A program made the position numbers and the translations under genes. A DNA stretch of 64,000 nucleotides, from contig MPNM01000013.1 in NCBI GenBank assembly GCA_002239025.1, positions 2,575 to 66,574 on the forward strand. Reading direction: 5' to 3'. Source of the DNA: Chloroflexi bacterium bin125 (GTDB lineage Bacteria > Chloroflexota > Dehalococcoidia > Bin125). Position 1 is the stretch's first letter, and each line of letters begins with the position of its first letter. The notes below the pieces were generated by a model that did no database searches, was not told the DNA's origin, and saw only the letters and a list, made by a program, of their open reading frames with translations. Positions 35,845-45,563 of the stretch are shown here, in pieces.

Positions 35845-37179
35845 GTGATTGCATCGCCCAACCTCAACGGAGTTGACCAGCGATCGAAGTGGCGGCGCAA
35901 TCTACGCCTGTATCCGATCTTCTATTTCTTCCACGACCTGCACTTCTGGATGCCGGTCTGGATCATTTTCGCCACCGAGGAGGTCGGCCTCACGTTTGCC
36001 CAACTCGGAGCCATCGGTCCCGCGTTCTATGTGATCACGTCGTTCGGGCAACCGCTGGCTGGCGCGCTAGCCGACCGATTCGGCCGCGTGCGGACCATCC
36101 GGGCATCGCTGGTCATCTTTATGGTCTTCACGGCCTGGTTTGCCTTCTCGGACGGGTTCTGGATGGTTGCAGTGGCCTGGTCGCTTTGGGGACTCGCGAT
36201 GGTGGCGATCACCGGCACCGACAGCGCGTTTTTACACGACTCGCTGCAGGCGATGGGTCGAGAGCGCGACTTCGAGCGTCAGGCGGGACGCGCGTTCGCA
36301 GTGCGATCTGTTGCTCTCGTCCTGGCGACCCTCGCCGGCGGAGTGATCGCCGGCGAGATCGGCGGTCGCGGAGCGCTTTTGACCGGGACTGCGGCCACAG
36401 GGCTCGCCTTGATGATTTCGCTGTTGTTCCGAGAGCCGCCGAGGCATGAAAGCGAACAGGAAACGCGCGGTCCCTCGTATATGCAGTTGCTCAAGCAGAC
36501 GCTGCGCCTGGCCGGAAGCACGCCGACGATCCGCTATTCGCTCCTCTTCAGCGCGATCCTGATCGCGTCGATGGTTCCCGAGTTCTATCTGTTGCAGCCG
36601 TTCCTCAGGGAACAGGGAGTGGAAGTCGGCTGGCTATTCTCGGTGCTCCAAGCGCCGGCGCGGATTGCCACGGTGTTCGCTGCTGCCCTGGCATTCTGGT
36701 TGGCAATTCGTTTTGGCATCGTGCGAACACTGGCCTCGATGCCGTTCTGGGTTGTGCTGGTTTACCTCGGCGTCGGACTCATCGATCACCTGGGTGTGGT
36801 TGCGTTGTTCATCATCCTCGGACTGGCACGTGGCGCACAGATGCCGCTGATGGAGGGTTACCTCAACCGGCGCATCCCGTCCCACCTCCGAGCGACCGCC
36901 CTATCGCTTAATCACATGGGCTGGGCGCTGATCATGCTGCCCTTCCTGCCAATCTTCGGTCGAGTCGTCAACGACAACCCATTGCCTAACGTCTTCCTCG
37001 GCCTGGCTGCCTTCTTCGGTCCGTTGCTGCTGATCGTGATGATTTTCTGGGTCCGCGCCGACCGAAACGAAGGAGGCCGGCTCCGGCTCCCGCCAGCGAT
37101 TCCGCAACTACTGCGCGAAGTCCTGTGGAAGCCACAACGACGTTCCAAGCCGATTCCCCGACCAGTTCACTTTGACTAA
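35845..37179 (+). CDS. MFS transporter
   Basis: 444 aa with about 12 hydrophobic segments. GALADRFGRVRT is the MFS loop 2-3 motif. Confidence 0.8.
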   Translation: MIASPNLNGVDQRSKWRRNLRLYPIFYFFHDLHFWMPVWIIFATEEVGLTFAQLGAIGPAFYVITSFGQPLAGALADRFGRVRTIRASLVIFMVFTAWFAFSDGFWMVAVAWSLWGLAMVAITGTDSAFLHDSLQAMGRERDFERQAGRAFAVRSVALVLATLAGGVIAGEIGGRGALLTGTAATGLALMISLLFREPPRHESEQETRGPSYMQLLKQTLRLAGSTPTIRYSLLFSAILIASMVPEFYLLQPFLREQGVEVGWLFSVLQAPARIATVFAAALAFWLAIRFGIVRTLASMPFWVVLVYLGVGLIDHLGVVALFIILGLARGAQMPLMEGYLNRRIPSHLRATALSLNHMGWALIMLPFLPIFGRVVNDNPLPNVFLGLAAFFGPLLLIVMIFWVRADRNEGGRLRLPPAIPQLLREVLWKPQRRSKPIPRPVHFD

Positions 37180-37199
37180 ACAGCGAAAGGACTGCGCTC

Positions 37200-37979
37200 A
37201 TGCCTGACCGACTTGCCGGTAAATCTGCCATCATTACTGGCGCCGGTTCTCGCGCGGAGGGGATTGGCAATGGCCGCGCCACTGCCATCCTCTTTGCGCG
37301 CGAGGGCGCCGACGTGTTGCTCGTCGACCGCGATGAAGAAGCGGTGCAAGCGACCCTTGACATGATCCGCGCCGAGGGCAATGACGCCGCAATTGCGGTC
37401 GCCGATGTCACCGCTACCGAAGACTGCTCCCGTATCGTCGCCGACGCCGTCAGCCGCTACGGCAAGCTCGACATCCTGCACAACAATGTCGGCATTGGCG
37501 GACGCGGCACCGTTGAGCAGATCTCCGAGGTCGAGTGGGACCACGTGCAGCGGGTCAACGTGACCTCGATGATGCTGACCTGCAAGCACGCCATTCCGGT
37601 ACTGCGCGAGAACGGTGGCGGCGCAATCACCAACGTGTCCTCGATCGCCGCGCTGCGACCTCGCGGGTTGACGGCCTACAGCGTCAGCAAGGCGGCCGTC
37701 GCGACGCTGACCCAGGCGCTGGCAGTCGATCACGGTCGCGACCATATCCGCGCCAACTGCATCATGCCCGGCCCGGTCTATACGCCGATGGTCTACTCCG
37801 CCGGGATGTCCGACGAGCTGCGCGAGCGTCGCAAGAACGCCAGTCTGCTCAAGCAGGAGGGCGAGCCCTGGGACATCGGCTGGGCCGCGGTCTTCCTCGC
37901 CAGCGACGAGGCCAAGTATGTCACGGGTGTGATCCTGCCGGTCGACGGCGGCGTCACGGTCCGAGGGCCTGATCGGTAG
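37200..37979 (+). CDS. SDR-family oxidoreductase
   Basis: ITGAGSRAEGIGNG (TGxxxGxG-type), NNVG, S...YSVSKAAV (YxxxK), PGPVYTPM. Confidence 0.88.
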   Translation: MPDRLAGKSAIITGAGSRAEGIGNGRATAILFAREGADVLLVDRDEEAVQATLDMIRAEGNDAAIAVADVTATEDCSRIVADAVSRYGKLDILHNNVGIGGRGTVEQISEVEWDHVQRVNVTSMMLTCKHAIPVLRENGGGAITNVSSIAALRPRGLTAYSVSKAAVATLTQALAVDHGRDHIRANCIMPGPVYTPMVYSAGMSDELRERRKNASLLKQEGEPWDIGWAAVFLASDEAKYVTGVILPVDGGVTVRGPDR

Positions 37980-38011
37980 ACGGTCGTTCTGCCGTTGTTC
38001 CGGCGCAGGCC

Positions 38012-39637
38012 CTACTCTTCATCCTCATCCGGCAGTTCGTAGACTGCTGCGGCGCCGGCGTCCTCTCCTGCTGAGGTGTCGGCCAGCCATGCGCCCACGA
38101 CTGCTGTGGATCCATCGATCTCGGTGACCCAGCCGAACTCTGCTCGCTCGCCGGCTTCGATGGCGTCGACCGGACCGAGCACGCCGACCTCGACCCACTC
38201 GTCATCGATCAACTCAAAGGCATAGGCTGCGCCGCTTCGGTAGGTGCCAGACTCGGGATGTGCGCGATGCGGCGCGCCAATCACCATCCGCTCGTCCTTG
38301 ATGTCGACCGAATAGCCGAACCAGTCTCCCGGCTGCATATCTGACGCCTCGAGTTTGGCGTGGAAATCCCAGAGTGAGTCGAGCTTCCACACGTAGGTTG
38401 CGCCGGCGCTCCAAAACGGGTCGTCGTGGTCATAGGATCCCGAGGCCAGCCAGGGCAGGTGCAATGCCACCTGCGATCCGAGTCGATCATTGGCGATGCC
38501 GTCAGAGGCCACCAGTTTGCCGGCGAAATTCCATTCGTCGTTATAGAAGTGCCAGACATAGACCGCGCCGGCGTCCTCGGCGATCGTGTCATCGCCCGGC
38601 GCTCCGACAACCAGGACGTTGTCGTGCAGATCGATGTCGCGGCCGAACATCATGCGTTCGCTCGCCTCTGCTGGCTGGAGCACGGCCTCGGCCTGCCAGA
38701 GACCCTTGTACAGCTTGAACGTTGTGACCGAACCGGTGTGCGCACCTGAGAGCGGGTCTTCCCAGGCCGAGACGGCGATCCTGTCGCCGGAGATTGCCAC
38801 ACTCCAACCAAACGATGCTCCCGCAATTGGGACTCGCGGCAACAGTGTGCCGGTGCGCTGCCAGACGCCACTGACCTTCTCATAGAGGTATGCCACGCCG
38901 GAATCGTCGATCCGGCTGCCGTCGACACCGCGTCCGTCTTCGTAGGGTGCGCCGATCACGATGCGTCCACTGTCGATAGCGAGCCAGCGTCCAAACCAAC
39001 CCAACGGATCCGGGAAGGGCGGCAGGATGTACGCGGTTTCTATCCATTCGCCGTCGACTCGCTCGAAGATGAAGACGGCACCTGTATCTTCGCCCTCTAC
39101 GTCGTGATAGGGAGCTCCAACGGCGATCACGTCGCCCTCTACCACTGCCGACCAGCCGTACTCGTCGCGTACGGCGGGCACACTTGGAGTCAGAGGAGTC
39201 CCGTCAGCGAGCCATTTGCGTATGGGGGCGACGGGAGGCGCGGACTGCTGGTCCGCGGCCTGATCCTCAGCGGAGCCGTACGGATCGGACGAATCGTATC
39301 CCTGATCCTGCTGTTGTTGCTCCTGGCCCTCTCGACTCATTGCCTGGGGCGCAGAACCATCAGCGTCCTGAGGCTGCTGCGCGACTTGTGCATCAGGCTG
39401 CGGTTCTTCCGCTTCGACCTCCGCTGTCGTCGCGGCCTGCGTTGCCGATTCCTGCTCTACTTGTGCTTGCAGGTCGCCGGCATCTTCGGTCTGCGCCGGA
39501 TTGCCATCCGATTGCTCGATTGAGTCGCTGCAAGCGGCAAGTGCAGCAAATGCCAGGAGCGCCAGCAACGCGACGAACGTCGTGAACCACCCGGTCGTCA
39601 ACGCCCCGCGCGGGGACAGCATCGGACGCAGCAGCAT
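38012..39637 (-). CDS. Lipoprotein with an acidic/Gln-rich linker and FG-GAP-like beta-propeller repeats
   Basis: Signal plus lipobox LAACS. Repeated units of the form G.sV...gd..vvGAP.....g.d.GavYvf (for example VIAVGAPYHDVEGEDTGAVFIF, VLVVGAPGDDTIAEDAGAVYVW). ATG at 39637. Confidence 0.65.
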   Translation of the reverse strand: MLLRPMLSPRGALTTGWFTTFVALLALLAFAALAACSDSIEQSDGNPAQTEDAGDLQAQVEQESATQAATTAEVEAEEPQPDAQVAQQPQDADGSAPQAMSREGQEQQQQDQGYDSSDPYGSAEDQAADQQSAPPVAPIRKWLADGTPLTPSVPAVRDEYGWSAVVEGDVIAVGAPYHDVEGEDTGAVFIFERVDGEWIETAYILPPFPDPLGWFGRWLAIDSGRIVIGAPYEDGRGVDGSRIDDSGVAYLYEKVSGVWQRTGTLLPRVPIAGASFGWSVAISGDRIAVSAWEDPLSGAHTGSVTTFKLYKGLWQAEAVLQPAEASERMMFGRDIDLHDNVLVVGAPGDDTIAEDAGAVYVWHFYNDEWNFAGKLVASDGIANDRLGSQVALHLPWLASGSYDHDDPFWSAGATYVWKLDSLWDFHAKLEASDMQPGDWFGYSVDIKDERMVIGAPHRAHPESGTYRSGAAYAFELIDDEWVEVGVLGPVDAIEAGERAEFGWVTEIDGSTAVVGAWLADTSAGEDAGAAAVYELPDEDEE

Positions 39638-39746
39638 ATGAACAGGCCTGCCAATCAACGATGTCCATGCCCGGCCGCGTCAATACCCAAGCGACGCGAC
39701 TCACCCCGCACTACAGGTCAGCCTACCGATGATTGGCGATTCAGGG

Positions 39747-40544
39747 TTAACGCCGATAGTTCGGCTGTCGCTTCTCGCGGAACGCCGCTTGCGCCTCGGA
39801 CGCATCCGGCCCGGCCATCGTCATCTCTTCCATCGAGAGCGACAGTGGCAGGACCATGTTCGAGACGTGCTTGATCCACTTGTTAATCGGCACTTTCGAC
39901 GCCGAAATCGCGCCCAGCGGACCATTCGACAGCCGCTCGGCCAGCGCCAGCGCTGTTGACATCAACTCGTCGTCCTCAACCACATCCTGGACCAGTCCCA
40001 TTTCCTTGGCTTGCTCTGCTCGGACATGCTCGCCGGTCATCAGGAAATACTTGGCGCGGGAGGGTCCAACCAGCATGGGCCAGATCACACCGCCGCCGTC
40101 GCCTGCGCCGATACCCATGTTGACGTGCGTGTCGCCAAGTACGCCAGATCGGCCGATGTAGACGACATCGGCCATCAAGGCGACGGTCGCGCCCAGGCCC
40201 AGGGCATAGCCGTTGACCGCGCAGATCACCGGCTTCTCGCAGTCGAGCCAGTTGTCGACGATCAGCCGAGCCTCGTTCATCCGGTTCAGATAGTGTCCGC
40301 CCATCGGCTCGTCGCGGTCGGCCGAGAAGTCGCCGCCGGCGCAAAATGCCCGACCGGCGCCGGTCAGCACCAGGACGCGCACCTCAGGATCGCGATTGGC
40401 GTCAACAGGCAAGGTGGACAGCTCACGATGCATCGCCGAGTTGACAGCATTGAGTTTCTCAGGACGATTAAGCGTCGCCACCGTCACGCCGTCAGAGCGC
40501 TTGTCGATGTCGATGGTGGTGTACGCGTCGGGGTTGAGGGTCAT
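39747..40544 (-). CDS. Enoyl-CoA hydratase/isomerase family protein
   Basis: LNRPEKLNAVN, GAGRAFCAGGDF, AVNGYALGLGATVAL. ATG at 40544. Confidence 0.88.
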   Translation of the reverse strand: MTLNPDAYTTIDIDKRSDGVTVATLNRPEKLNAVNSAMHRELSTLPVDANRDPEVRVLVLTGAGRAFCAGGDFSADRDEPMGGHYLNRMNEARLIVDNWLDCEKPVICAVNGYALGLGATVALMADVVYIGRSGVLGDTHVNMGIGAGDGGGVIWPMLVGPSRAKYFLMTGEHVRAEQAKEMGLVQDVVEDDELMSTALALAERLSNGPLGAISASKVPINKWIKHVSNMVLPLSLSMEEMTMAGPDASEAQAAFREKRQPNYRR

Positions 40545-40575
40545 GTTGGCTCCATCGCTTTTCGGGAGTGGATAT

Positions 40576-41295
40576 TCAGCAGTCGAGCTGGGCGGCGAGG
40601 TCGTGGAAGTCGGTTGCGACGATGTCGAAGGATGGGTCGGGAGTGAGATCGACCGGGAAGTTTGGGCCTGCTTCATCGGGTCGCGGCACGAATGCGGTTC
40701 TCATGCCGGTTTGGGCGGCAGCGAGGAGGTCTCCCTGGTGCGCGGCGACCATCATCACCTCATGCGACTCACATCCGAGCAACTCGGCCGCTCGCCGGTA
40801 GCATTGCGGCTCGGGCTTGAAGGCGCCGGTTACTTCTGCCGAGAGGACACAGTCCCAGGGCAGTCCACCGAACTTGGCCATATTGACCAGCAACTCGATA
40901 TTGCCATTGGACAAGGTTGAGACCACGAACCGGGAACGCAGGCGCTGCAGTCCACCTGGAGAGTCCATCCACGGATGCAGGCGATGCCAAGCGCGATTGA
41001 GTTCAGTGACATCGGATTCCTCAGCATCAATGCCGAGTTCAGCCAGCAGCATGCGCAGCATCCGCAGATGCAACCCATCAGCCGTCTGGAACGGCAGCTC
41101 GCCGTCGCGGACGAGCCGCATCCCACCCGCATAGCCCTCGCGACGCCAACGGTCGGTGAACATGCCGGCATCGGCTTCGACGCCGTGGCGTTTTAGAAAC
41201 GATGCCACCTCGGCCGAGACGGAGGAACGCCAGTCAACCACGGTGCCAAAGACATCGAACGTGAGCGCCCGTACCTGACTGAGATCAGCGGTCAT
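40576..41295 (-). CDS. Haloacid dehalogenase type II-like HAD hydrolase
   Basis: ALTFDVFGTVVDW (nucleophile Asp), STLSNGN, ...AAHQGDL. Confidence 0.78.
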   Translation of the reverse strand: MTADLSQVRALTFDVFGTVVDWRSSVSAEVASFLKRHGVEADAGMFTDRWRREGYAGGMRLVRDGELPFQTADGLHLRMLRMLLAELGIDAEESDVTELNRAWHRLHPWMDSPGGLQRLRSRFVVSTLSNGNIELLVNMAKFGGLPWDCVLSAEVTGAFKPEPQCYRRAAELLGCESHEVMMVAAHQGDLLAAAQTGMRTAFVPRPDEAGPNFPVDLTPDPSFDIVATDFHDLAAQLDC

Positions 41296-41304
41296 TGGGC
41301 GCGT

Positions 41305-42156
41305 CTACAGAATCTGGCTGAGGAACAGCTTGGTCCGCTCTTCGCGAGGATTCGTGAAGAAATGCTCCGGCGTGCCCTGCTCCACGAGCGCGCCCTCGTC
41401 GAAGAAGACCAGTCGGTCGGCAACCTCGCGGGCGAAACCCATCTCGTGCGTGACCACGATCATCGTCATGCCCGACTCGGCCAGCTCCTGCATCACGTCG
41501 AGGACTTCCTTGATCATCTCAGGGTCGAGCGCTGAGGTCGGCTCGTCGAACAGCATGATCTTGGGCTGCATTGCCAAAGCGCGCGCGATCGCCACGCGCT
41601 GTTGCTGACCACCGGAGAGCTGCGAGGGGAATTTGTCGGCCTGCTCTGGGATGCCGACACGCTCAAGCAATTGCATCGCCAGCGCCTCGGCCTCGAGCTT
41701 TGGCATGTGGCGCACCTTTTGCGGCCCAAGCGTGATATTGCTGAGCACGGAAATGTGCGGAAACAGATTGAACTGCTGGAACACCATTCCGACTTCCGAG
41801 CGAATCGCCGCCATCGCGCGGACGTCCTCGTTTAGCTCGATCCCATCGATCACGATTCGCCCGGCGTCGTGTTCCTCAAGGCGATTGAGACAGCGAATGT
41901 AGGTGGACTTGCCAGAACCCGACGGCCCCAGGATGACGACGATCTCATGTTCCTTGATCCGCAGCGACACGTCGTCAAGCGCCTGGAAGTCTCCGAACCA
42001 TTTGTCCACGTTCTCGGTGATGATGATGTCGCTGGACCCGGCGAGACGGGGCGAGAACACCTCGGCGTCCGGATCGGGTGCGACGGCAGCCGCCGATGCA
42101 GTCTTCGGGCCGGCCGACTCGGCGATGATGTTTGCTGGCGAAATTTCGTCTGCCAT
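41305..42156 (-). CDS. Amino-acid ABC transporter ATP-binding protein (AapP/GlnQ-like)
   Basis: GPSGSGKST (Walker A), [15 protein letters not shown] (signature), [12 protein letters not shown] (Walker B). ATG at 42156. Confidence 0.92.
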   Translation of the reverse strand: MADEISPANIIAESAGPKTASAAAVAPDPDAEVFSPRLAGSSDIIITENVDKWFGDFQALDDVSLRIKEHEIVVILGPSGSGKSTYIRCLNRLEEHDAGRIVIDGIELNEDVRAMAAIRSEVGMVFQQFNLFPHISVLSNITLGPQKVRHMPKLEAEALAMQLLERVGIPEQADKFPSQLSGGQQQRVAIARALAMQPKIMLFDEPTSALDPEMIKEVLDVMQELAESGMTMIVVTHEMGFAREVADRLVFFDEGALVEQGTPEHFFTNPREERTKLFLSQIL

Positions 42157-42266
42157 GGCGCTCACCTCATCCTTACAACGCTTGTTGCGATGGTAGCGGT
42201 ACACACTGCGGCACGCGAGATGTATGCGATGTGGAACGCGGAGTTCGCTGGTACCGTCACAGTTCA

Positions 42267-42473
42267 ATGCCGAAAGTACATCAGGCCATCAAGCTGATCG
42301 AGCGCGACGGCTGGTACTTCGTCCGAATGCGAGGCAGCCACCGGCACTTCAATCACAAGACCAAACCTGGCACCGTGACCATTCCTGGCCCGCCGTCTGA
42401 GGACCTGTCGAAGGGTCTATGGAACGGTATTCTGAAGCAGGCTGGCCTGAAGCATCGAGGTCTCAAGAAATGA
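42267..42473 (+). CDS. hicA: HicA-family mRNA interferase toxin
   Basis: 68 aa. [24 protein letters not shown]...[27 protein letters not shown]. Confidence 0.85.
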   Translation: MPKVHQAIKLIERDGWYFVRMRGSHRHFNHKTKPGTVTIPGPPSEDLSKGLWNGILKQAGLKHRGLKK

Positions 42474-42949
42474 ACATTCCAGTAGTCATCGAGCAACAAG
42501 AGCAGCACTTCGAAGTGTTTGTGCCAGACTTTCCCAACCTCAACGTCACCGCGACCACTGCCTCTCAAGCGATAGCGCTAGTCCGAATGGACATTCTGGA
42601 TCAAGTAAATCGCATCCTGAGTGAAGGTGGCGAGTTGCCGGATGGGACCGCTCGGATCGAGACCATAGAGGTCACACTCCATCCTTCTGTGGGCAAGTCA
42701 GCAGACTCCTATGAGGTCATTATCGATAAAGCTCCCGGCAACTATTGCGCCTGGGTCCCTAACTTGCCGATCTGCGTCGCGGTAGCTGACACCCTCAAGG
42801 AAATGCGAGCGATGATCAAAGAGGCGATGGAGTTCCACATCGAAGCGCTGGTGGAGAAGGGCGACCCACTTCCGCCGAAGAACTGTCTTGTGGAAATGAT
42901 TGAGATCGAAGCCGCAGAGTCTGCAAATGTGGCCGAGGTTGCCGACTGA
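42470..42949 (+). CDS. hicB: HicB-family antitoxin with two tandem UPF0150/HicB-like domains
   Basis: ATGA overlap with hicA. Domain 1: IPVVIEQQEQHFEVFVPDFPNLNVTATTASQAIALVRMDI. Domain 2: YEVIIDKAPGNYCAWVPNLPICVAVADTLKEMRAMIKEAMEFHIE. Confidence 0.78.
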   Translation: MNIPVVIEQQEQHFEVFVPDFPNLNVTATTASQAIALVRMDILDQVNRILSEGGELPDGTARIETIEVTLHPSVGKSADSYEVIIDKAPGNYCAWVPNLPICVAVADTLKEMRAMIKEAMEFHIEALVEKGDPLPPKNCLVEMIEIEAAESANVAEVAD

Positions 42950-42958
42950 CCGAGTTCC

Positions 42959-44230
42959 TTAGCGCTCGCCGATTCCTTGTGCTCGCTCTACTCGCTGGGA
43001 GACCCTCGACATCATGAACGCGACCACCCAGAACACCACGGCGACGAACACGTAGGCCTCGATCCGGTCGGGAATGAACTCTGACTGGGCGATCGCCGAG
43101 TCGGCGTTGCCCTTCAGTTCGCGCAGCGTCAGGATGACCGTGACCAGCGTCGTGTCTTTCCAGATCGCGATGGCCTGACCGACGATCGGTGGGATTGAGA
43201 TTCTCAGTGCCTGCGGCAGGATGATCAGTTGCATCGACTGCAACTTGTTCAGACCCACAGCTTGCGCTGCCTCGTATTGACCTCGCGGCAGGGCCTGAAG
43301 GCCGCCGCGGATGTACTCAGCCATGTAGGCGCCTGTGAACACGGCCAAGACGACCATCGTGCGGATAATCAGGTCGCCACCCATGATGTCGTCAAGGATG
43401 AATAGCGCGACGAACAGCCAGCCCAGCAATGGCGCTCCACGCACGACCTCGATGTATGCCGTACAAGTCCACTTGATCGTCTTCATGTTGGACGCGCGGC
43501 CAAGGGCAAGCGGAATTGCAACCACAAGTCCGCCGACGATACCCACGGGGGCCAGAATCAGGTTGAGCACGAAGCCATCGAACTGACGAGTGTTCGCTCC
43601 ACCGGCGACCATCAGAATCACCAAAACGAGTGGTAGCGAGATCGCCAGCAATCCTCCCACGACCCGCTGTTGCAGCACGCGTCGCGGGGAGGTCTCGCGC
43701 GGCATCCACACGGTCAGGTAGTAGCCGAAGTAGAGGAACCCGATTGCGGCAAGGAACCAGATAGACGACCAGATCGTTGCGTCGCCGTGAGCCATCAAGA
43801 AGATGACGAACCCGCCGGTCAGGACGATGAAGAGCGAGTCCCGTCGTCCAAGACTCGACCAGGTGCCGTAGGCGAGACCGATCAGGAACATCACGAGGGC
43901 GATGCTGGTCCACAGCCGCCAGGCCTCCTCGCGCGGGAAGGATCCTGCGAAGAGCAGCCAGCGATTGGCCGTGATCACGTTCCAGTTCGCGTCGAAGAAC
44001 ACGAACCAGACGACGCCGATGAACAGGACGCCCAGGAATCCAGCTGACACGAGTGTCAGAATCGTGCCAGTCAGTGATGGGAAGAGGTTGCGGTTGACCC
44101 ACTCGCGAGCGCGGATCCTCCACGGGCGTCTCGCACGCTCACGGTGCGGGGGCAAAATGATCTTGCGCGGGCCGCCTGCGGGCGGCAACGGAAGCTGCTC
44201 GGGGCGGGGGATTGGAGGAAGCTCTGACAT
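42959..44230 (-). CDS. Amino-acid ABC transporter permease (AapM-like)
   Basis: 423 aa, multi-TM, with the EAA-type loop EYIRGGLQALPRGQYEAAQAVGL. Confidence 0.88.
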   Translation of the reverse strand: MSELPPIPRPEQLPLPPAGGPRKIILPPHRERARRPWRIRAREWVNRNLFPSLTGTILTLVSAGFLGVLFIGVVWFVFFDANWNVITANRWLLFAGSFPREEAWRLWTSIALVMFLIGLAYGTWSSLGRRDSLFIVLTGGFVIFLMAHGDATIWSSIWFLAAIGFLYFGYYLTVWMPRETSPRRVLQQRVVGGLLAISLPLVLVILMVAGGANTRQFDGFVLNLILAPVGIVGGLVVAIPLALGRASNMKTIKWTCTAYIEVVRGAPLLGWLFVALFILDDIMGGDLIIRTMVVLAVFTGAYMAEYIRGGLQALPRGQYEAAQAVGLNKLQSMQLIILPQALRISIPPIVGQAIAIWKDTTLVTVILTLRELKGNADSAIAQSEFIPDRIEAYVFVAVVFWVVAFMMSRVSQRVERAQGIGER

Positions 44231-44239
44231 CAGTGCCCC

Positions 44240-45430
44240 CTACAAGCGGTTCGCAGTGACACGTGCATTGAACACGTTCATCACTGCCGAGATGGCGAAG
44301 GAAATGATCATGTACGTCACGATGATCACAAAGAACATTTCAAGCGCGTGGCCGGCCTTGTTCTGGATCACCGTGGCTACACGGAACAGGTCGTCGTACA
44401 GGACTGCATATGCCAACGAAGAGTTTTTGTTGACGTTCAAGTACTGATTGGTGACAGACGGGATCATCTGTCGCAAGGCCTGCGGCAGGATGATGAGTGT
44501 GAGGCGCTGATATCCCGACAGGCCGATTGCGTTGGCCGCCTCGGTTTGTCCACGCGGCAACGCCTGGATGCTGCCACGTACGATTTCGGCGATGAACGCC
44601 CCGGTGTAGGCAGTCAGTCCGAGCACCAGCGCTGCAAACTCAGGTTTGATCACCATGCCTTCGGCGTACTGTGTGCCATCGAGAATCGGACGGTCGATTG
44701 AGACGACCACGCCGAGCAGCAGGAATGAAATCAGCGCGGCGCCGGCGAAGATCGAGAATGCCCAGCGATTCGGATAGTGCGGCTGTCCCGTTTCGCGCTC
44801 GATTTCCTGACGCGATGCGCGCACCCTCATCGCGACCAGCGCGGCCGCAATCAATACCAGAACCCAGACGCCTACAAACCAGTCTGGAACGCCCCACAGG
44901 CCGCCCGAGGGCACCGGCCAGGGGATGGCAATGCCGCGATTGGAGAGGAAGAAGAAGTCGCCAACGTTGACGACATCCTGGATCACCGGAGCGCCCACGA
45001 GCAAGACCGCGTACCAGAGCACTACCTGGACGAGCAGCGGCGTGTTGCGGAAGATTTCGACAAACAGCGTCGCCATCTTCGAGAGAAGGAAGTTCGAAGA
45101 CAGGCGCGCGACGCCGATAAAGACGCCGACGACCGTAGACAGGAGTATCGCCACCATGACGGCGCGTAGTGAGGCCCACACACCAACGAGATAGATCTCA
45201 AGCCTCGAGCTGGTCACGCCATCGACTTCAGTGAGCCACTGAGAGCCGACCGCGAACCCGGCCGGCTCGCTCAGGAAGCCAAAGCCAAAGTCGCGCAAGT
45301 CGAGCGAGGTGTACACGTACCAGGCGACGATGGCCGTCGCTGCGACGTAGATGGCCTGCTGCAGGACATTGCGGAACCCGCGGCGATAGAACAGCGGCAC
45401 GTCACCGGAATGCTGGGCTTGTGCGGACAT
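44240..45430 (-). CDS. Amino-acid ABC transporter permease (AapQ-like)
   Basis: Multi-TM, with EIVRGSIQALPRGQTEAANAIGLS. ATG at 45430; the track starts at TTG 45451. Confidence 0.88.
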   Translation of the reverse strand: MSAQAQHSGDVPLFYRRGFRNVLQQAIYVAATAIVAWYVYTSLDLRDFGFGFLSEPAGFAVGSQWLTEVDGVTSSRLEIYLVGVWASLRAVMVAILLSTVVGVFIGVARLSSNFLLSKMATLFVEIFRNTPLLVQVVLWYAVLLVGAPVIQDVVNVGDFFFLSNRGIAIPWPVPSGGLWGVPDWFVGVWVLVLIAAALVAMRVRASRQEIERETGQPHYPNRWAFSIFAGAALISFLLLGVVVSIDRPILDGTQYAEGMVIKPEFAALVLGLTAYTGAFIAEIVRGSIQALPRGQTEAANAIGLSGYQRLTLIILPQALRQMIPSVTNQYLNVNKNSSLAYAVLYDDLFRVATVIQNKAGHALEMFFVIIVTYMIISFAISAVMNVFNARVTANRL

Positions 45431-45510
45431 GCAATCCTGCTCGATGTTCAACTCAACGCGCGTTGGTTGCGCAACAGGTTAACGGAGACTGATTGGATGA
45501 GTTCGGATAG

Positions 45511-45540
45511 CAAAAGGGGCCGCCCCTGCGGGCGGCCCCT
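45511..45540 (-). terminator. Intra-operon intrinsic terminator/attenuator after the binding-protein gene
   Basis: 11-bp stem aggggccgccc-ctgc-gggcggcccct, followed on the minus strand by UUUU. It lies 24 nt after the stop at 45564. Confidence 0.7.
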
Positions 45541-45563
45541 CCGTTGAACCGATGGATGACGGT

